DNA from: Ruditapes philippinarum | Lineage: Eukaryota | Direction of reading: 5' to 3' | Assembly: GCF_026571515.1 (NCBI RefSeq) | Contig: NW_026853347.1 | Location: forward strand, 62,001 to 126,000 | DNA: 64,000 bases | In this document: positions 62,153-64,000 of the stretch, piece after piece | Position numbering within the stretch: position 1 is the first letter of the stretch | Layout: each line of letters opens with the position of its first letter | Translations under genes and position numbers: made by a program | Notes under the pieces: generated by a model | The model's database searches: none | What the model was told of the DNA's origin: nothing | What the model saw: the letters and a program-made list of their open reading frames with translations, nothing else

Positions 62153-64000
62153 GGAAAATACCAAGCAATTAAATACATAGACAATCACATCATAAATTAT
62201 AGGAATACTAGCCAAAGAACCGTAACATAAATACATAATTTTAGGGAGAAAAAAATGTTTGTTTTAATTTTTTTTCGAAGAATAGTTATAATACATAGGA
62301 CCCATAACCTGCCGAATTTGTGTTTTATAATCAAAGTACAAAAAATTATATCAATAGTTATAACTTGATTAGGCTGCAAGGTTGTACAAGCTGGTTCTAT
62401 ACTGGCTCTGTACTACGCAAAAGATATAGCTTTGAAAGAAAAACATCAACATCAAAAAAAGTTACTTAAAAGTATTTATAAATTATTTTTCCTTTAACGA
62501 TAATACCAAAGAGACGAAGATAAAAAAATATATGTAAATGGCCTGCATCGAGCAAGTAATCAAGATGCCATATCATTAAGATATTGTTATAGAAGTCTGT
62601 AAAATATTCTGTAAAGAAATATAAGCAATGGTCACTTAATAAGATACACTTAATTGAATTTCTGAAAATCTTGCCATTGGCTGTTTGATATTTGAATTAA
62701 TGTCTTGTCAGACTTTACTTAATTTTTCCTTCCCTGAAAAGTTTGACTTTCTATATAGGCGTGTATCTAATTAAATGCAAGATAAAAACAGCTTACAATA
62801 CTGTCATGGATGACGCATTGAACATGTTGGCTGGTCAATTACTTTTAAAGCGACCTTCAGTTGTTTTTTTTTTTTTGGTGTCGACAACATAATTCTGTGT
62901 TGTTTCAAACCGAGTATTTCAGTAATTTTATCTTGAAAAATGCATCATGTCACTTCTTCATCACAGCGTCCAGAGAGGGCTATTAAAAACTTGTCACAGA
63001 TTTTCGTGTCTCGTTCGGTTACTAACTTGCGATAGATTAGATGTATCGAGGGGTTTCCTTATTGTTTACATATTTTATCGACGGCAAAGTTCATATTCCA
63101 TCTAAATTCTTTTGATTTGACAATTTTGGAAAAAAATTTATCTAAAAAATTTCATATTTAAAATTGACAAAAAATGAAGGGAGCTTTTATAGACAAATAT
63201 ACTGAAATAAAAATTTAAAAACATTTGGGGTTTTAAAAATTTCACTTTTGGGTTCCCATAGTTTTAAAGAATTTAACAAAAAAATTCGTAAAAAATCATA
63301 AAACTTTCAATAAATTGTGTTACAAGGGCCCAAACATTTATACTAAAAACTTGGGCCTTTTTGGGGAGAATTTCTCAAAAAAAGAATTCTGTTTGATACT
63401 GTTCTTCTATTATAGATCAGAGAGAATGATGTTCCCACAATCCTAGTTCTTCATATTGTAAACGACTAAACCTCATTACAGTTCCGCAATAATTAATGTA
63501 ATTTATATGCTTTCAAAATTGCTATTTGATCTTCCGACCTACGCATTCTATAATTAGTTGGATGAAAAAGCATAATAGGAGACAATTAGGACAATTATGT
63601 CTAATAAATTGAGTTGCGTTGGTGGCTTATGACAAAACGTTGACATCATAGATCTGCATATTCCAAATGGAACATCGTTAGACTTTTTTACCTTTATGCT
63701 GATAATAGTGAGGTGTGTCACGTCACACGTCGATAAATTCACTTCCGATCTATAAAGTTTGATAAAGCACTTTCACTATGTTATATGGTGTTTTTAATAT
63801 TTACAACTTGAAAATAATTTTCGAGATCTTGTACCATTTTATGTAAGGTTTTTTTATTCATAAATATCTTTCATTTCTAACATATGTATTCATATGGTCC
63901 CTACCAGTTTGCACATGAATGAATGCGAAGATATTCTAATTCTTGTAAGATAAAGTATTTTATATCATATCGAGTTTCGTTATTAAAATGATTACCCTGT

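Noticed and set aside
63100-63390. Homopolymer-rich segment as a distinct element
   Set aside because: Looks like a decayed repeat or low-quality consensus; no definable ends.

Overview
AT-rich eukaryotic genomic DNA. The repeat content (GalEa-type Copia, pearl/Helentron-type element with ~160-bp core repeats, several tRNA-derived SINE families) suggests an animal, most likely a bivalve mollusc; this is inferred, not searched. I see no intact host protein-coding gene. The two real coding blocks are a 5'-truncated RTE/RTE-X-like LINE (+, ~3.1-5.3 kb) and a full-length but disabled Ty1/Copia element (-, 24435-29786; 115-bp LTRs, CACCT target-site duplication (TSD), PBS, PPT). The Copia sits inside one SINE and has a second SINE inside its RT. 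The rest is SINEs, MITE-like and palindromic elements, local tandem repeats, two old segmental duplications (~11.1-16.8 vs ~17.8-23.8 kb; ~29.8-32.1 vs ~54.5-56.5 kb) and decayed gene fragments (B-box/TRIM-like; two C-type-lectin-like). Two observations stand out. (1) Five palindromic elements with unrelated arms share one central fold, a TC/TC bubble closing a small GC hairpin. (2) TACATGTA is over-represented, and one copy is an in-frame 6-bp insertion directly before the LINE YADD motif, consistent with a Tc1/mariner excision footprint. All alignments and counts were done by eye.
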